Positions 48,274-59,398 of a stretch of 64,000 nucleotides of DNA are shown piece after piece. The position numbers and the translations under genes were made by a program. The DNA comes from an uncultured Bacteroidota bacterium (GTDB taxonomy: Bacteria > Bacteroidota > Bacteroidia > Flavobacteriales > BACL11), in the NCBI GenBank assembly GCA_902533655.1, contig CACAMX010000001.1:88171-152170 (forward strand). Direction: 5' to 3'. Below the pieces are notes generated by a model. The model made no database searches. It saw nothing but the letters and a program-made list of their open reading frames with translations, and was not told the origin of the DNA. Position 1 is the first letter of the stretch; each line of letters begins with the position of its first letter.

Positions 48274-50052
48274 ATGAAAAAGAATAAAGCTTTAATCAAA
48301 TTTAATGGACTTGTAACTGAGTTTCATACTGATGGTAGTACAGTGCGGGCTGTTGATAACATAAGTTTCACATTAAATAAAGGTGAAACGATCGGTGTTG
48401 TTGGAGAGTCAGGCTCTGGAAAGTCTGTAACGTCATTATCAGCTATGAGGTTGGTACCCTCACCTCCAGGAAAAATATCCTCAGGTGAAATCATTTTTCA
48501 CAAAAATGAATCAACAAGTGTAAATCTACTATCTCTTTCTGAAGAGAACATGAGATCTTATAGAGGTAATGATTTAGCAATGATTTTTCAAGAACCTATG
48601 ACCTCTCTGAATCCTGTTTTTACCTGCGGAAATCAAGTTGTAGAGGCTATTATGTTGCATCAGAAACTTAATTCAAAAGAAGCTAAAGACTTAGCTATTG
48701 ATTTATTTAAAAAAGTCGAATTACCTGACCCTGAAAGAATTTTTAACACATATCCTCACCAAATATCTGGCGGTCAAAAGCAAAGGGTTATGATTGCTAT
48801 GGCAATGAGTTGTAAACCTTCTGTCCTAATTGCAGATGAACCTACCACAGCTCTTGATGTTACCGTACAAAAAACTATTCTTGAACTAATGCAGGGCCTA
48901 CAAAAGGAATATGAGATGGGTATAATATTTATAACTCATGATTTAGGCGTTATTGCAGAGCTAGCAGATAAAGTTGTAGTTATGTACAAGGGTAAAATTG
49001 TAGAGCAAGGAAATGTCTGGGATATTTTCACTAAGCCAAAACACCCATACACAAAAGGCTTGCTCGCATGTAGACCCCCTTTAAATAAAAGATACAAGTT
49101 TTTACCAACAGTATCTGATTTTATGCAGGTTGATTCGTCAGGAAATGTTATTGATAATAAAATTTCTGTTAAAGATTTTACAAAAAAAATTATTGTTTCT
49201 GATAAGGAAAGAAAAGAGAGGCTTGTGAATTTGTATAAACAAGAACCCATATTAAAAGTACAAAACTTAAAAACTTATTTTCCAATTAAAAAAGGTTTTT
49301 TTGGAGGTACGAGTGGGTATGTAAAAGCTGTGGATAACATCAGCTTTGATGTGTATCCTAAAGAAACACTTGGCTTGGTTGGTGAGTCTGGCTGTGGGAA
49401 AACCACAACAGGAAGAACTATTCTTAGATTAGAAGAGCCTATGTCTGGAAAGATGATTTATAAAGGCGTAGATATTGCATCAATGTCGGCGAATGAATTA
49501 AGAGACTTTAGAAAGGAGGTTCAAATTATATTCCAAGACCCTTATTCTTCACTAAACCCCAGAATGACTATTGGAAATGCTATAATGGAACCTATGCAGG
49601 TTCATGGAATATATGAAAGCGAAAAAGATCGAAAAAATAAAGTACAAGACCTTCTAGAAAAAGTAAGCCTTAATCCAACACATTTTTACAGATATCCACA
49701 TGAATTTTCAGGTGGACAAAGACAACGTATTGGTATTGCTAGAGCTCTAGCACTAAATCCGAAATTTATTATTTGTGATGAATCTGTTTCAGCTCTTGAT
49801 GTTTCTGTGCAGGCTCAAGTACTAAATCTATTAAATGACCTAAAAAAAGAGTTTGGGTTGACATATATATTTATATCTCACGATTTATCTGTCGTTAAAT
49901 ATATGAGCGATAGAATGGTAGTAATGCAAGGAGGGAAAATAGAAGAGATGGGAGACGCCGATCAAATATATAATTTACCCAAAACAGCCTACACTAAAAA
50001 ACTAATTGATGCTGTTCCAGAAGGCAAAACAGAGGACATTAGAAAGAAGTAA
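48274..50052 (+). CDS. tandem-ATPase ABC protein (DppD/DppF-like fusion)
   Basis: Two Walker A motifs (GESGSGKS, GESGCGKT) and two signature motifs (SGGQKQR, SGGQRQR). No permease or binding-protein gene lies within about 10 kb on either side. Confidence 0.9.
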   Translation: MKKNKALIKFNGLVTEFHTDGSTVRAVDNISFTLNKGETIGVVGESGSGKSVTSLSAMRLVPSPPGKISSGEIIFHKNESTSVNLLSLSEENMRSYRGNDLAMIFQEPMTSLNPVFTCGNQVVEAIMLHQKLNSKEAKDLAIDLFKKVELPDPERIFNTYPHQISGGQKQRVMIAMAMSCKPSVLIADEPTTALDVTVQKTILELMQGLQKEYEMGIIFITHDLGVIAELADKVVVMYKGKIVEQGNVWDIFTKPKHPYTKGLLACRPPLNKRYKFLPTVSDFMQVDSSGNVIDNKISVKDFTKKIIVSDKERKERLVNLYKQEPILKVQNLKTYFPIKKGFFGGTSGYVKAVDNISFDVYPKETLGLVGESGCGKTTTGRTILRLEEPMSGKMIYKGVDIASMSANELRDFRKEVQIIFQDPYSSLNPRMTIGNAIMEPMQVHGIYESEKDRKNKVQDLLEKVSLNPTHFYRYPHEFSGGQRQRIGIARALALNPKFIICDESVSALDVSVQAQVLNLLNDLKKEFGLTYIFISHDLSVVKYMSDRMVVMQGGKIEEMGDADQIYNLPKTAYTKKLIDAVPEGKTEDIRKK

Positions 50053-50057
50053 AAACC

Positions 50058-50714
50058 TTATAACACCATTGTTCTAAGATTTTTATCTATAATTAAATCA
50101 GCATCTGTTGAGTTAATAATTTCATCTTCTGAAACGCCAGGGGCTACTTCTGTTAATTTAAAGCCTTTACTTGTGACCTCAATAACAGCTAGGTCTGTAA
50201 CTATTTTTTTTACACAAGATACACCGGTTATTGGAAGCGTGCATCTTTTTAAAAGTTTACTTTGACCCTGTCTATTTGTGTGGGTCATGGCAACTATGAT
50301 ATTGTTTGATGAACTAACTAAGTCCATAGCACCACCCATTCCCTTGACCATTTTACCAGGAATTTTCCAGTTTGCTATATCTCCGTTTTCAGCTACCTGC
50401 ATAGCTCCCAAAACACTTAGATGGATATGGTTTCCTCTTATCATAGAAAATGACATAGCTGAATCAAAAAGAACTGCTCCGGGCAAAGATGTAATGGTTT
50501 GCTTGCCTGCATTTATTAAATCTGCATCTTCCTTTCCCTCTTTTGGAAAAGGCCCCATGCCTAATATTCCATTTTCAGATTGAAATTCAACATTAATATC
50601 TGAGGGTACATGGTTAGCAACTAAAGTAGGTATTCCAATTCCTAAATTTACGTATGTGTTATTTACAAGTTCTTGAGCAATTCTTTTAGCAATTTGATCT
50701 TTGTTTAAAGCCAT
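50058..50714 (-). CDS. scoB: 3-oxoacid CoA-transferase subunit B
   Basis: 218 aa. FQSENGILGMGP contains the catalytic Glu (SENG). Confidence 0.92.
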   Translation of the reverse strand: MALNKDQIAKRIAQELVNNTYVNLGIGIPTLVANHVPSDINVEFQSENGILGMGPFPKEGKEDADLINAGKQTITSLPGAVLFDSAMSFSMIRGNHIHLSVLGAMQVAENGDIANWKIPGKMVKGMGGAMDLVSSSNNIIVAMTHTNRQGQSKLLKRCTLPITGVSCVKKIVTDLAVIEVTSKGFKLTEVAPGVSEDEIINSTDADLIIDKNLRTMVL

Positions 50715-50715
50715 A

Positions 50716-51414
50716 TTATGCCTTTGTTATTGTTTTGTTTTCAATTCTTTTTTCATAAAATTCACCTTGAAAAATTCGCTGAACAAATATGCCAGGAGTG
50801 TGTATTTGATTTAAGTTTAACTCTCCTGCAGGTACTAAATGTTCAACTTCAGCTACTGTTAATCTTCCAGCCATAGCCATTAAAGGGTTGAAGTTTCTCG
50901 CTGTACCTTTATAAATTAGGTTGCCTAAAGTATCTCCTTTCCAAGCTTTTACAAAAGCAAAGTCTGCATTTAATGCGTATTCTAAAATATATTTCTTTTT
51001 GTTAAAAACCCTCACCTCTTTATCTCCTTGAACTTCTGTACCATAACCCGCAGGCGTAAAGAATGCGGGTATACCGGCTCCTCCAGATCTACATCTTTCT
51101 GCTAACGTTCCTTGGGGTATTAACTCAACATCTAACTCTCCTGAAAGCATTTGCCTTTCAAACTCAGCGTTTTCTCCAACATACGAAGAAATCATTTTTT
51201 TTATTTGTCTTTTTTTTAAAAGAAGGCCTAACCCAAAATCATCAATACCAGCATTATTTGATATGCATGTAAGACCTTTAATGGGTTTTTTAGAAAGTGC
51301 TTTAATGCTATTCTCAGCTATTCCACAAAGACCAAACCCGCCAAACATTAATGTCATATTATTTTTTACACCAGAAATCGCCTCCTCTGCATTGGCTACT
51401 GTTTTGTTAATCAT
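50716..51414 (-). CDS. scoA: 3-oxoacid CoA-transferase subunit A
   Basis: 232 aa. [13 protein letters not shown] and [13 protein letters not shown]. Confidence 0.92.
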   Translation of the reverse strand: MINKTVANAEEAISGVKNNMTLMFGGFGLCGIAENSIKALSKKPIKGLTCISNNAGIDDFGLGLLLKKRQIKKMISSYVGENAEFERQMLSGELDVELIPQGTLAERCRSGGAGIPAFFTPAGYGTEVQGDKEVRVFNKKKYILEYALNADFAFVKAWKGDTLGNLIYKGTARNFNPLMAMAGRLTVAEVEHLVPAGELNLNQIHTPGIFVQRIFQGEFYEKRIENKTITKA

Positions 51415-51416
51415 TT

Positions 51417-53666
51417 TTAAAATTCTTCATCAAAATTATCCAAAAATTTAATTAAATCTTCATCGCAATCAATTGAAATGTCTATTGATTTAGAAATATC
51501 AAAATTTTTAGTTGCTAATCCTAGATTCAAAGTGTCATCATAAATTGCTTTCATATATTCTGCAAAAACTGGCAATGCTGTGTTTGCCCCTTGTCCATTC
51601 TGTATATCTCTAAAATGCACACTTCTGTCTTCACAACCAGTCCAGACTCCTGTGACTAAATCAGGCGTAATACCCATAAACCAACCGTCTGATTGGTTCT
51701 GTGTTGTTCCTGTTTTTCCTGCAATTTCATTTTTAAAGCCATATCTATATCTTAATCTAACACCCGTGCCTCTTCTTACTTTAGCCTCAGGGCTATATAC
51801 CCCATCAACAACCCCTTGTAGCAGTCTTATCATTATGTCTGCTGTTTTTTGGCTCATTGCTTCTTGAGTAGAAGGGGTAAAGCTTTCAAGAACGACGCCA
51901 TTTTTATCCGTTATTTTGTTAATGAAAATTGGTTCTGTCCAAACACCCTTATTTGCAAAAGTAGAGTAAGCGCCAACCATCTCATATACTGAAAGATCAA
52001 ATGTGCCCAAGCATAATGAAGGTACTGGTAAGATTTTCGAGTTTATTCCCATTTTCTTAGCTAAATCAACTACAGCATATGGGCCAAACTGTTTCATAAT
52101 ATGAGCTGTAATTGAATTAATAGAGTTTGCTAAACCAAATTTCATTGTTAGCGGCAAACCTTCATAATCATTTCCTGAGTTTTTTGGGACCCAATCTTTT
52201 TCTAGCTTCCATATGTTTTTATCGAAAACTACTGGAACGTTGGGAACTTTTTTACATGCAGAATATCCTTCTTGAACTGCTAACGCATAAAGAAACGGTT
52301 TAAATGTTGACCCCACTTGTCTTTTACCCTTAATTACATGGTCATATTTAAAATACCGATGATCTATTCCCCCAACGTAAGACTTAATAAATCCTGTTTT
52401 TGGATCCATGCTCATCATACCACAATGAATAAAAAACTTATTATAGAGAATGGAGTCATATGGACTTATTAAACTGTCAATAATGCCATCCCAAGAGAAA
52501 AGCTTAGTTCTGACTTTCTTTTTAAAAACTCTGCTGATTTCTTTGTTTGATTTTCCTGAGGCTTTCATTTTTTTATATCTCTCTGATCTTTTGACAGCTT
52601 GTTGAATAAGTGTTTCAATTTGCAAGGAATCAAAGTCTTCGGGAAATGGAGCATGATCATAACCCTGCCAGTGACTGTAAAAATCATTTTGAAGTTTAGC
52701 TACGTGTTTTTTCACTGCATTTTCTGCAAAAACCTGCATTTTTGAATTAATCGTTGTATATACCTTTAAGCCGTCAGTATAAAGATTATATCTACTCCCG
52801 TCTGGTTTGTTTTTAGTTTTGCACCAACTAGAGAGTATTGGCCTGAGTTGCTCTCTCAGATACGGAGCTAGGCCCTCATTATGACTAGCTTTTTTAAAAT
52901 CTAACAGAAGGGGTTTAGTTATTGTTGTATCAAAGGTTTCTTTGGAAATAAACTTATACTTTTTCATCTGTGAAAGCACTGTGTTTCTTCTTTGTTCAGT
53001 TTCTTGTAGCCTTCTGTTAGGGTTGTAAAGCGCTGAGTTTTTTAACATTCCTATTAATGTTGCTGCCTCTTCAAGTTTTAATTCAGATGGTTTTTTATTA
53101 AAATATACTCTTGACGCCGATCTAATCCCAACGGCATTATTTACCCAGTCAAATTTGTTTAAGTACATAGTTATTATTTCGTTTTTTGTATAGTGTTTTT
53201 CCAGTCTTACTGAAATTACCCACTCTTTTAGTTTCTGCACTATTCTCTGAACACCAGAACTCGGTTTTTTTGTAAAAAGCATTTTAGCTAATTGTTGCGT
53301 AATTGTACTCGCTCCTCCGCTAGACTTATTTCCTAAAGACTGACCATAAACGGCCCTTAATAATGACCTTATATCTATTCCCGAGTGGTTTTTAAACCTA
53401 ATGTCCTCAGTTGCTATTAAAGCGTCTATTAAGTGATTAGATAGGTCTTTGAACTCAGCATTACTCCTGTTTTCATAAAAATATGCGCCTAATATTTTTC
53501 CATCAGTTGAAATAAGTTGTGTTGCCAAGTTAGTTTTTGGGTTTTCTAGCTCATCAAAAGTTGGTAGTTGACCAAAAAAGCCGAAAGAAACCAAAGAAAT
53601 GATGGTGACGGCAAGCACAAAGGGTGTTAACGTAAAAATCCAGATTAGCCAAAAGTTTTTTTTCAA
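51417..53666 (-). CDS. mrcA: penicillin-binding protein 1A (bifunctional transglycosylase/transpeptidase)
   Basis: GT51 motifs [12 protein letters not shown] and [11 protein letters not shown]. Transpeptidase motifs STFKP and KTGTT. Confidence 0.93.
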   Translation of the reverse strand: MKKNFWLIWIFTLTPFVLAVTIISLVSFGFFGQLPTFDELENPKTNLATQLISTDGKILGAYFYENRSNAEFKDLSNHLIDALIATEDIRFKNHSGIDIRSLLRAVYGQSLGNKSSGGASTITQQLAKMLFTKKPSSGVQRIVQKLKEWVISVRLEKHYTKNEIITMYLNKFDWVNNAVGIRSASRVYFNKKPSELKLEEAATLIGMLKNSALYNPNRRLQETEQRRNTVLSQMKKYKFISKETFDTTITKPLLLDFKKASHNEGLAPYLREQLRPILSSWCKTKNKPDGSRYNLYTDGLKVYTTINSKMQVFAENAVKKHVAKLQNDFYSHWQGYDHAPFPEDFDSLQIETLIQQAVKRSERYKKMKASGKSNKEISRVFKKKVRTKLFSWDGIIDSLISPYDSILYNKFFIHCGMMSMDPKTGFIKSYVGGIDHRYFKYDHVIKGKRQVGSTFKPFLYALAVQEGYSACKKVPNVPVVFDKNIWKLEKDWVPKNSGNDYEGLPLTMKFGLANSINSITAHIMKQFGPYAVVDLAKKMGINSKILPVPSLCLGTFDLSVYEMVGAYSTFANKGVWTEPIFINKITDKNGVVLESFTPSTQEAMSQKTADIMIRLLQGVVDGVYSPEAKVRRGTGVRLRYRYGFKNEIAGKTGTTQNQSDGWFMGITPDLVTGVWTGCEDRSVHFRDIQNGQGANTALPVFAEYMKAIYDDTLNLGLATKNFDISKSIDISIDCDEDLIKFLDNFDEEF

Positions 53667-54127
53667 TTGTCTTTAATTATTTTAACCCCTATTGAAGAAA
53701 TTCCTTGTAGTTCTTTTATTTGATTGGTTTCTTTATTTCGCATTGCATGATTAATAATTATACTTATACTCTTTGTATCTTTAATTGTTAGGTTGTCTAA
53801 TTTTTTAGAGTAGTATCTGGTGTCGCCAACTCCCTTTCCAATCCAGCTTCCGTTTTTTTTTGCCAAAGTTAAATTTAGTGTATCTAATTGATCATTTACA
53901 TTTACAAATAAAATTAAATTTTGAAAATAATAATCTGTCTTATGTTTAATAATTATCTGTGAATAATATTTATTTTTAATATCTATGTTATTAAAGTTGT
54001 ATTTAAGCGAATCTGAAACTAGCCATTTTTTATCATTTACTTTCACAAAAGAGGTTATTTCGCCTTGTTTGATACATGCGGATAAAATAAGTACGTGTAA
54101 AATTAAAGTCTTAAAGTTTATTTTCAT
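53663..54127 (-). CDS. gldH: gliding-motility lipoprotein GldH
   Basis: I prefer the start at 54127 (MKINFKTLILHVLILSAC lipobox). FQNLILFV, HAMR and LQGISSIGVKI match the GldH pattern as I remember it from F. johnsoniae. Confidence 0.75.
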   Translation of the reverse strand: MKINFKTLILHVLILSACIKQGEITSFVKVNDKKWLVSDSLKYNFNNIDIKNKYYSQIIIKHKTDYYFQNLILFVNVNDQLDTLNLTLAKKNGSWIGKGVGDTRYYSKKLDNLTIKDTKSISIIINHAMRNKETNQIKELQGISSIGVKIIKDN

Positions 54128-55178
54128 CAAAAATTTTAAAGAATTCAATTGATAAAGAAAGAAACAAAATTTTTGCGTTTGCATTTCTTTCCAACAAATA
54201 TACTGCTCGCTCTGTTTTTTTCAACAACTTAAATAGTGTTTCTAGACTTAAGTGTTTGCAAAATTTATTAACAAACCCCCCATCTATGACTCTTTCAACA
54301 GTTTCCTTCTTATATATTATATATCTAACACAAAAACTTAACATCTCTGAACAAAAACTCATAAAATTTTTATGTCCATTTTTTGTGTTTTTTGAAATTT
54401 CCAAGTTCAAATCAAAAAGATCAACTATGTTTTTCGAATGACATGCTCTCATCCATTTTTTGAACTTATTTAAGCTTTCATCATTAATATCGTCAAACAT
54501 GAAAACATTTTTGCTGTTCTCCATATTCTTAGCTTTAGTTGCTAATGTTAAGGTTGTGGAACATAGTTTTTCTGGAACATAAATCCTTTCGAGCCTTGAC
54601 TTTATGGTTTCTAATAATTCGTCTTTGTTATTAGCAACAAGAAAGAAATACGTTTCATCTGGAGGTTCTTCAAGCATTTTTAACAGTTTGTTTGAGGCTA
54701 CACTGTTAAGTTTTTCAGCATGCCAAATCAAAATAACTCTTTTTTTTGCTTCAAAGTTTCTAAGCTTTATGACTGAGTTTATCTTTGTTATAGCTTCTGA
54801 TCTAATTATAAGTTCTTTTTCCGTTCCGAGATTTGACGCTATTATTTTTTTCCAGCCCGTAAGGCTTAGGTTGTTGTTTTTTACAACATTTTGCTTCCAT
54901 AGTCTAATCGCTTCTAATTCAATTTTTTTTTCATTTGGTAGTGGTAAAACAATATGTAAGTCTGGGTGATTAAATGTTTTTAATCTTTCACAAGCATTAC
55001 ACTTACCACAAGGGTCTAACTCGACTAAATCATAACAATTTAACATTAAAATAGCGCGTTGTGCAACACTAAGTTTTGGCGCATTACTTAAACCATGAAA
55101 TAAAACGGAACCACTTTTATTATTTTTTTTTACAATATTCCTAACATAATTTTTAATTATTTGGGAATTATTGTTCAT
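54111..55178 (-). CDS. holB: DNA polymerase III delta' subunit
   Basis: AAA+-like fold with a zinc module (CGKCNACERL..HPDLH), LLKMLEEPP, and SRLERIY. Confidence 0.8.
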   Translation of the reverse strand: MNNNSQIIKNYVRNIVKKNNKSGSVLFHGLSNAPKLSVAQRAILMLNCYDLVELDPCGKCNACERLKTFNHPDLHIVLPLPNEKKIELEAIRLWKQNVVKNNNLSLTGWKKIIASNLGTEKELIIRSEAITKINSVIKLRNFEAKKRVILIWHAEKLNSVASNKLLKMLEEPPDETYFFLVANNKDELLETIKSRLERIYVPEKLCSTTLTLATKAKNMENSKNVFMFDDINDESLNKFKKWMRACHSKNIVDLFDLNLEISKNTKNGHKNFMSFCSEMLSFCVRYIIYKKETVERVIDGGFVNKFCKHLSLETLFKLLKKTERAVYLLERNANAKILFLSLSIEFFKIFDENKL

Positions 55179-55240
55179 TATTTAAATTTATAGATTAGTT
55201 ATTTTGTTTCTAATTTAGTTCATTATTTTATTTTTACAAA

Positions 55241-56431
55241 GTGAAATTAGTTGAAGATATTTGTTTTAAGAAAAAAACTGTTTTAGTTCGCGTTGACTTT
55301 AACGTTCCTCTTTCAAAAAACGGACATGTTGAAGATAAAACTAGAATTTCATCTCACTTAAGTACTATTAATTATATCATTGAAAAAGGAGGTAAGGTTA
55401 TTTTGTTATCACATTTAGGTAGACCAAAGGGTAAATGGAATAAAGAACTTTCTTTAAAAATTTTGTCTAAAACAATAAGCACTGAATACAAAAGAAATGT
55501 TTGTTTTTTTGATCAAAAAATTGGTTCAAAAAAATTGATTGAAAATATTTTGAACACCTCTCAAAAAGATATTGTTTTGTTAGAAAATATTCGTTTTTAT
55601 GATGAGGAGGCCTCTGGAGATTTAGATTTTTGCAAAAAGCTTTCTCAGTTAGCTGATGTTTTTGTAAACGATGCTTTTGCAACCGCTCACAGAAAACACA
55701 GTTCCACTTTTTATATCGCCAAATATTTTAATGAAAAGTGTTTAGGTAATCTATTTTATGAAGAATACAGTTCGATACTAAGAGTAATAAATAATTTCTC
55801 TTCCCCTTTAACTGCAATTATAGGTGGCGCAAAAATAAGTTCAAAAATAAATGTAATAAAGTCTTTCTTAAACTTTGCTGACAACATCCTGATTGGTGGA
55901 GGAATGATGTTTACGTTTATTAAGTCCTTAGGCGGAAATATAGGCGGTTCTTTGTATGAAAAGAAGGAACTAGAAAAAGCAGAGTTTTTAATTAAACTAG
56001 CTAAAAAAAACAATGTAAATCTTATGATTCCAAAAGACTCTATTAATTCATATGTTTTTGCAGATAATGAAAACTATAAAATAAGCGAATCGAATAAAAT
56101 CCCAAAAGATATGATTGGTTTAGATGTTGGTCCAAAAACTATTTTTGAATATCAAAGCATTATAGTTAAATCAAAGACAATTGTTTGGAACGGACCTATG
56201 GGGGTTTTTGAATTCAAAAACTTTTCAAAAGGAACTAAAATGATTGCTGAGTCTGTGGTCTCTTCAACTCAAGATGGCGCTTTTTCATTAGTTGGTGGAG
56301 GAGACTCTATATCTGCGCTGAAAAAATTCAACTTAACATCAAAGGTTAGCTATATTTCCACTGGTGGGGGGGCATTGCTACATTTTTTTGAAAAAAAAGA
56401 ACTTCCTGCTGTACAAGCTATTTTAAATTGA
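55241..56431 (+). CDS. pgk: phosphoglycerate kinase
   Basis: GTG start. RVDFNVPL, SHLGRPKG and STGGGALL. Confidence 0.96.
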   Translation: MKLVEDICFKKKTVLVRVDFNVPLSKNGHVEDKTRISSHLSTINYIIEKGGKVILLSHLGRPKGKWNKELSLKILSKTISTEYKRNVCFFDQKIGSKKLIENILNTSQKDIVLLENIRFYDEEASGDLDFCKKLSQLADVFVNDAFATAHRKHSSTFYIAKYFNEKCLGNLFYEEYSSILRVINNFSSPLTAIIGGAKISSKINVIKSFLNFADNILIGGGMMFTFIKSLGGNIGGSLYEKKELEKAEFLIKLAKKNNVNLMIPKDSINSYVFADNENYKISESNKIPKDMIGLDVGPKTIFEYQSIIVKSKTIVWNGPMGVFEFKNFSKGTKMIAESVVSSTQDGAFSLVGGGDSISALKKFNLTSKVSYISTGGGALLHFFEKKELPAVQAILN

Positions 56432-56945
56432 ACCTTTCTTCTATAACCTCCTTTTTTTTATCCAAACTGTTTTTTATCTCATGGTGGTCAAAATCTGGTG
56501 CTATTTTCTCAACAACCCCCTTACAATTTGTAAACAAAACTGATTCTTTTTTTATTTTCTTATCCAAAACGTTTATTTGACTATCAAAAAAAAGTATTAC
56601 TCCACAAAACAAATACAGTTTAAAGAGCCCAAAAGCTGCTCCAAGCAACTTACTAGCAAAGCCTAATGCCATAAAGCTCGTAATTTTATCAAGAAAAAAC
56701 CCTATTATTTTAACACTTAATAAGGTAAATAAAAATAACGCTCCAAACGCAATGAGAGACTTTATAGGCCCTTCGCTAATATAATCGCTAAAGTAAGGGT
56801 CAAAAATTGCATAAAAGCTAATTGCAACATAGAAAGAGATGAATAGAGAAAGTGTACCTGTGATTTCTTTAACTAAACCATTAACGTAGCCTTTAACAAG
56901 ACCATATATGCAAACTGATAATAAGACTAGGTCTATGTAATTCAT
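56418..56945 (-). CDS. cvpA: CvpA-family membrane protein
   Basis: 175 aa, four TM helices, with an N-terminus of MNYIDLVLL...G..KG. Confidence 0.75.
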   Translation of the reverse strand: MNYIDLVLLSVCIYGLVKGYVNGLVKEITGTLSLFISFYVAISFYAIFDPYFSDYISEGPIKSLIAFGALFLFTLLSVKIIGFFLDKITSFMALGFASKLLGAAFGLFKLYLFCGVILFFDSQINVLDKKIKKESVLFTNCKGVVEKIAPDFDHHEIKNSLDKKKEVIEERFNLK

Positions 56946-56969
56946 CTTTAAGTATTCAATAAACTATTG

Positions 56970-57320
56970 TTAATTTACCAAAACCGTTTTAAAAACAGTT
57001 TCATCTTTTACTAACTTAACAACGCCAGTGCCTGATAAATAATTATTTCCTAAAGTTTTTTGAGCATCAATGTTTAGTACTTTTTCTAACTCAAAAACAT
57101 GTATTGTTTGTCCGCGTGAATCAGTTATTTGTTGGTCACTAATGTTAGAAACCGTTCCTTGTGGGCTAATTTGACCATTTTGGCTCAACCAAACCGTAAC
57201 TCCTTCAATTGGTGATCCGTTGATGTCTTTTACAGTAATTACTGCTCTTGTTTCTGGCGTTTTTTCACAAGAAACAAGCGCAATAAGAAGTAATATGAAT
57301 AACAAAATTTTATGTTGCAT
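56970..57320 (-). CDS. small lipoprotein with a carboxypeptidase-regulatory-like beta domain
   Basis: I prefer the ATG at 57320 (MQHKILLFILLLIALVSC lipobox). VITVKDINGSPIEGVTVWL is present. A TATATTTG box (minus strand) lies at 57342-57349. Confidence 0.6.
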   Translation of the reverse strand: MQHKILLFILLLIALVSCEKTPETRAVITVKDINGSPIEGVTVWLSQNGQISPQGTVSNISDQQITDSRGQTIHVFELEKVLNIDAQKTLGNNYLSGTGVVKLVKDETVFKTVLVN

Positions 57321-57358
57321 AAATATTGTTAATTTGTAAAACAAATATAAGAAATTAA

Positions 57359-58360
57359 GTGTTAAAGGAAATAAGAGCTTATTACCAAGAGGTTGTTGAA
57401 ACAACAATTAGTTCAAAAAATGATGTCTTTGTTTTTAAAAAAAGGTTTTTTTCTAAACAGGGTGTTCTAAACAGTCTTTTTTCAAGATTCAAAAAAATTT
57501 CAAAAGAAGAAAAGAAGTTGGTCGGAAAAGACATTAACCTGCTTAAAGATCTATGTCAAAAAAAAATTAATAGCTTCAGCCTCTCTTTAGTTTCAAATAA
57601 AAATACTGTTGAAGATTTGACAAGGCCGTCCCCAACATTTACAGGCTCTAAACATCCAATAACAAAAATTAGTGGTCAAATTAACGAAATTTTCAAATCT
57701 TTAGGTTTTTACGTATCATCTGGTCCAGAAATTGAGGATGATTGGCATAATTTTGAAGCTTTAAATTTACCTAAAAATCATCCTGCTAGGGATATGCAAG
57801 ACACCTTTTTTGTTAATGTTAACCCTGATTTTTTATTAAGAACGCACACGTCATCTGTTCAAGTCAGACATATGAGTGGTAATAAACCACCGATAAGAAC
57901 TATATCTCCTGGTAGGGTTTTTAGAAATGAGGCTGTCTCTTCAAGAGCACATTGTATATTTCATCAAATTGAAGGTTTATATGTTGATAAAAATGTAAGT
58001 TTTACTGACATGAAAAACTTGCTTTTTGTTTTTGCCAAAAAATTTTTTGGTAATGATGTTAGTTTAAGGTTTAGACCATCTTACTTTCCATTTACTGAAC
58101 CTTCAGCTGAAATGGATGTTTTTTTAGGCACACAAACTGAGGCAGATTATAGGCTAACAAAAGGTTCGGGTTGGTTGGAGATTTTAGGATGTGGTATGGT
58201 TGATCCAAATGTTTTAAGTAATTGCAACATCAACCCCAAAACATACTCTGGCTACGCTTTTGGAATGGGTGTTGAAAGAATAGCTATGTTGAAGTATGGG
58301 GTCAAAGATTTAAGATTGTTTTTTGAAAACGATCTGAGTTTTTTAAAACAGTTTAATTAA
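57359..58360 (+). CDS. pheS: phenylalanine--tRNA ligase alpha subunit
   Basis: GTG start. HPARDMQDTFF, FRPSYFPFTEPS and GMGVERI. Confidence 0.95.
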   Translation: MLKEIRAYYQEVVETTISSKNDVFVFKKRFFSKQGVLNSLFSRFKKISKEEKKLVGKDINLLKDLCQKKINSFSLSLVSNKNTVEDLTRPSPTFTGSKHPITKISGQINEIFKSLGFYVSSGPEIEDDWHNFEALNLPKNHPARDMQDTFFVNVNPDFLLRTHTSSVQVRHMSGNKPPIRTISPGRVFRNEAVSSRAHCIFHQIEGLYVDKNVSFTDMKNLLFVFAKKFFGNDVSLRFRPSYFPFTEPSAEMDVFLGTQTEADYRLTKGSGWLEILGCGMVDPNVLSNCNINPKTYSGYAFGMGVERIAMLKYGVKDLRLFFENDLSFLKQFN

Positions 58361-59397
58361 TGAGCCCAATCATGTTGATCTAATTCCATTAGACACTCAT
58401 ACAGAAATATTATTGTATTTGATAAGTCTGTTTTGTTCACGGTTTCAATTGTTTGGTGTATGTGTCTAGTTGGTACTGAAATTGCTCCTGCTATTGAACC
58501 CCCTGAATTCATTCTCTGCAAGGGTGACGTATCGGTACCTCCTGAAGGAAGAATTTCTAATTGTGTTTTTATGTTTTTTAAGCTTGAAATTTTTTTCATG
58601 TATTTTACCATTCGATAATCGCAAATTGTCTGAGAGTCCATTATTTTAACACATGGGCCTGACCCTAGTTTTGAAACCTGTTCTTTTTCAGCAGATCCTG
58701 GTGTGTCATATGCTATTGTTGTGTCTAAACCAATACCAAAGTCTGGGTTAATTAACAAAGCGGCAGCATTTGCGCCTCTCAAACCCACTTCTTCCTGAAC
58801 AGTAAACACGCCATAAATGTCATACGGAGGGTTTTTTATTTTTTTTAAAACCTGTAAAAGAACAAAAACGGAAACTCTATTGTCAAGCGACTTACTATTG
58901 ACATTCTCTCCTAGTTCAATAAGCTCGCTATGTCTTGTTATAGGGTCTCCAACACTAATTTTCTTTTCTACCTCTTCTTTTTTTAAGCCCGTGTCAATGA
59001 AGTAATCTTCTATTTTAGGAGGCCTTTTTCTGTCTTCTTCAGACATTATATGTATTGGTTTACTTCCCATGACACCAACTACGTCTGTAAAGCCATGAAT
59101 TATAACTCTTTGAGAGGTTAGTGTTTTAGGATCAAACCCACCAAGTGGATGAAAAAAAACAAACCCGTTTTTATCAATATGTTTAACAACAAAGCCTATC
59201 TCATCCATGTGTGCAGCAACCATTACTCTCCTCGGGGTTTTTCCTTTGATTTTTACAATTAAGTTTCCTATGTTGTCAACACTGTGGTCCAGCTTTTCTT
59301 TACTTATATGTTTTATAATAAAATCTCTAATCCTTTTTTCGTAGCCTGGAGGCGCTGAAATTGAACATATTTTTGATAAAAGATCTAGGTTTTGCAT
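58357..59397 (-). CDS. M42-family metallo-aminopeptidase
   Basis: AAHMDEIGF, TVQEEVGLRGA and the PTRHIHQ context. Confidence 0.9.
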   Translation of the reverse strand: MQNLDLLSKICSISAPPGYEKRIRDFIIKHISKEKLDHSVDNIGNLIVKIKGKTPRRVMVAAHMDEIGFVVKHIDKNGFVFFHPLGGFDPKTLTSQRVIIHGFTDVVGVMGSKPIHIMSEEDRKRPPKIEDYFIDTGLKKEEVEKKISVGDPITRHSELIELGENVNSKSLDNRVSVFVLLQVLKKIKNPPYDIYGVFTVQEEVGLRGANAAALLINPDFGIGLDTTIAYDTPGSAEKEQVSKLGSGPCVKIMDSQTICDYRMVKYMKKISSLKNIKTQLEILPSGGTDTSPLQRMNSGGSIAGAISVPTRHIHQTIETVNKTDLSNTIIFLYECLMELDQHDWAH

Positions 59398-59398
59398 A

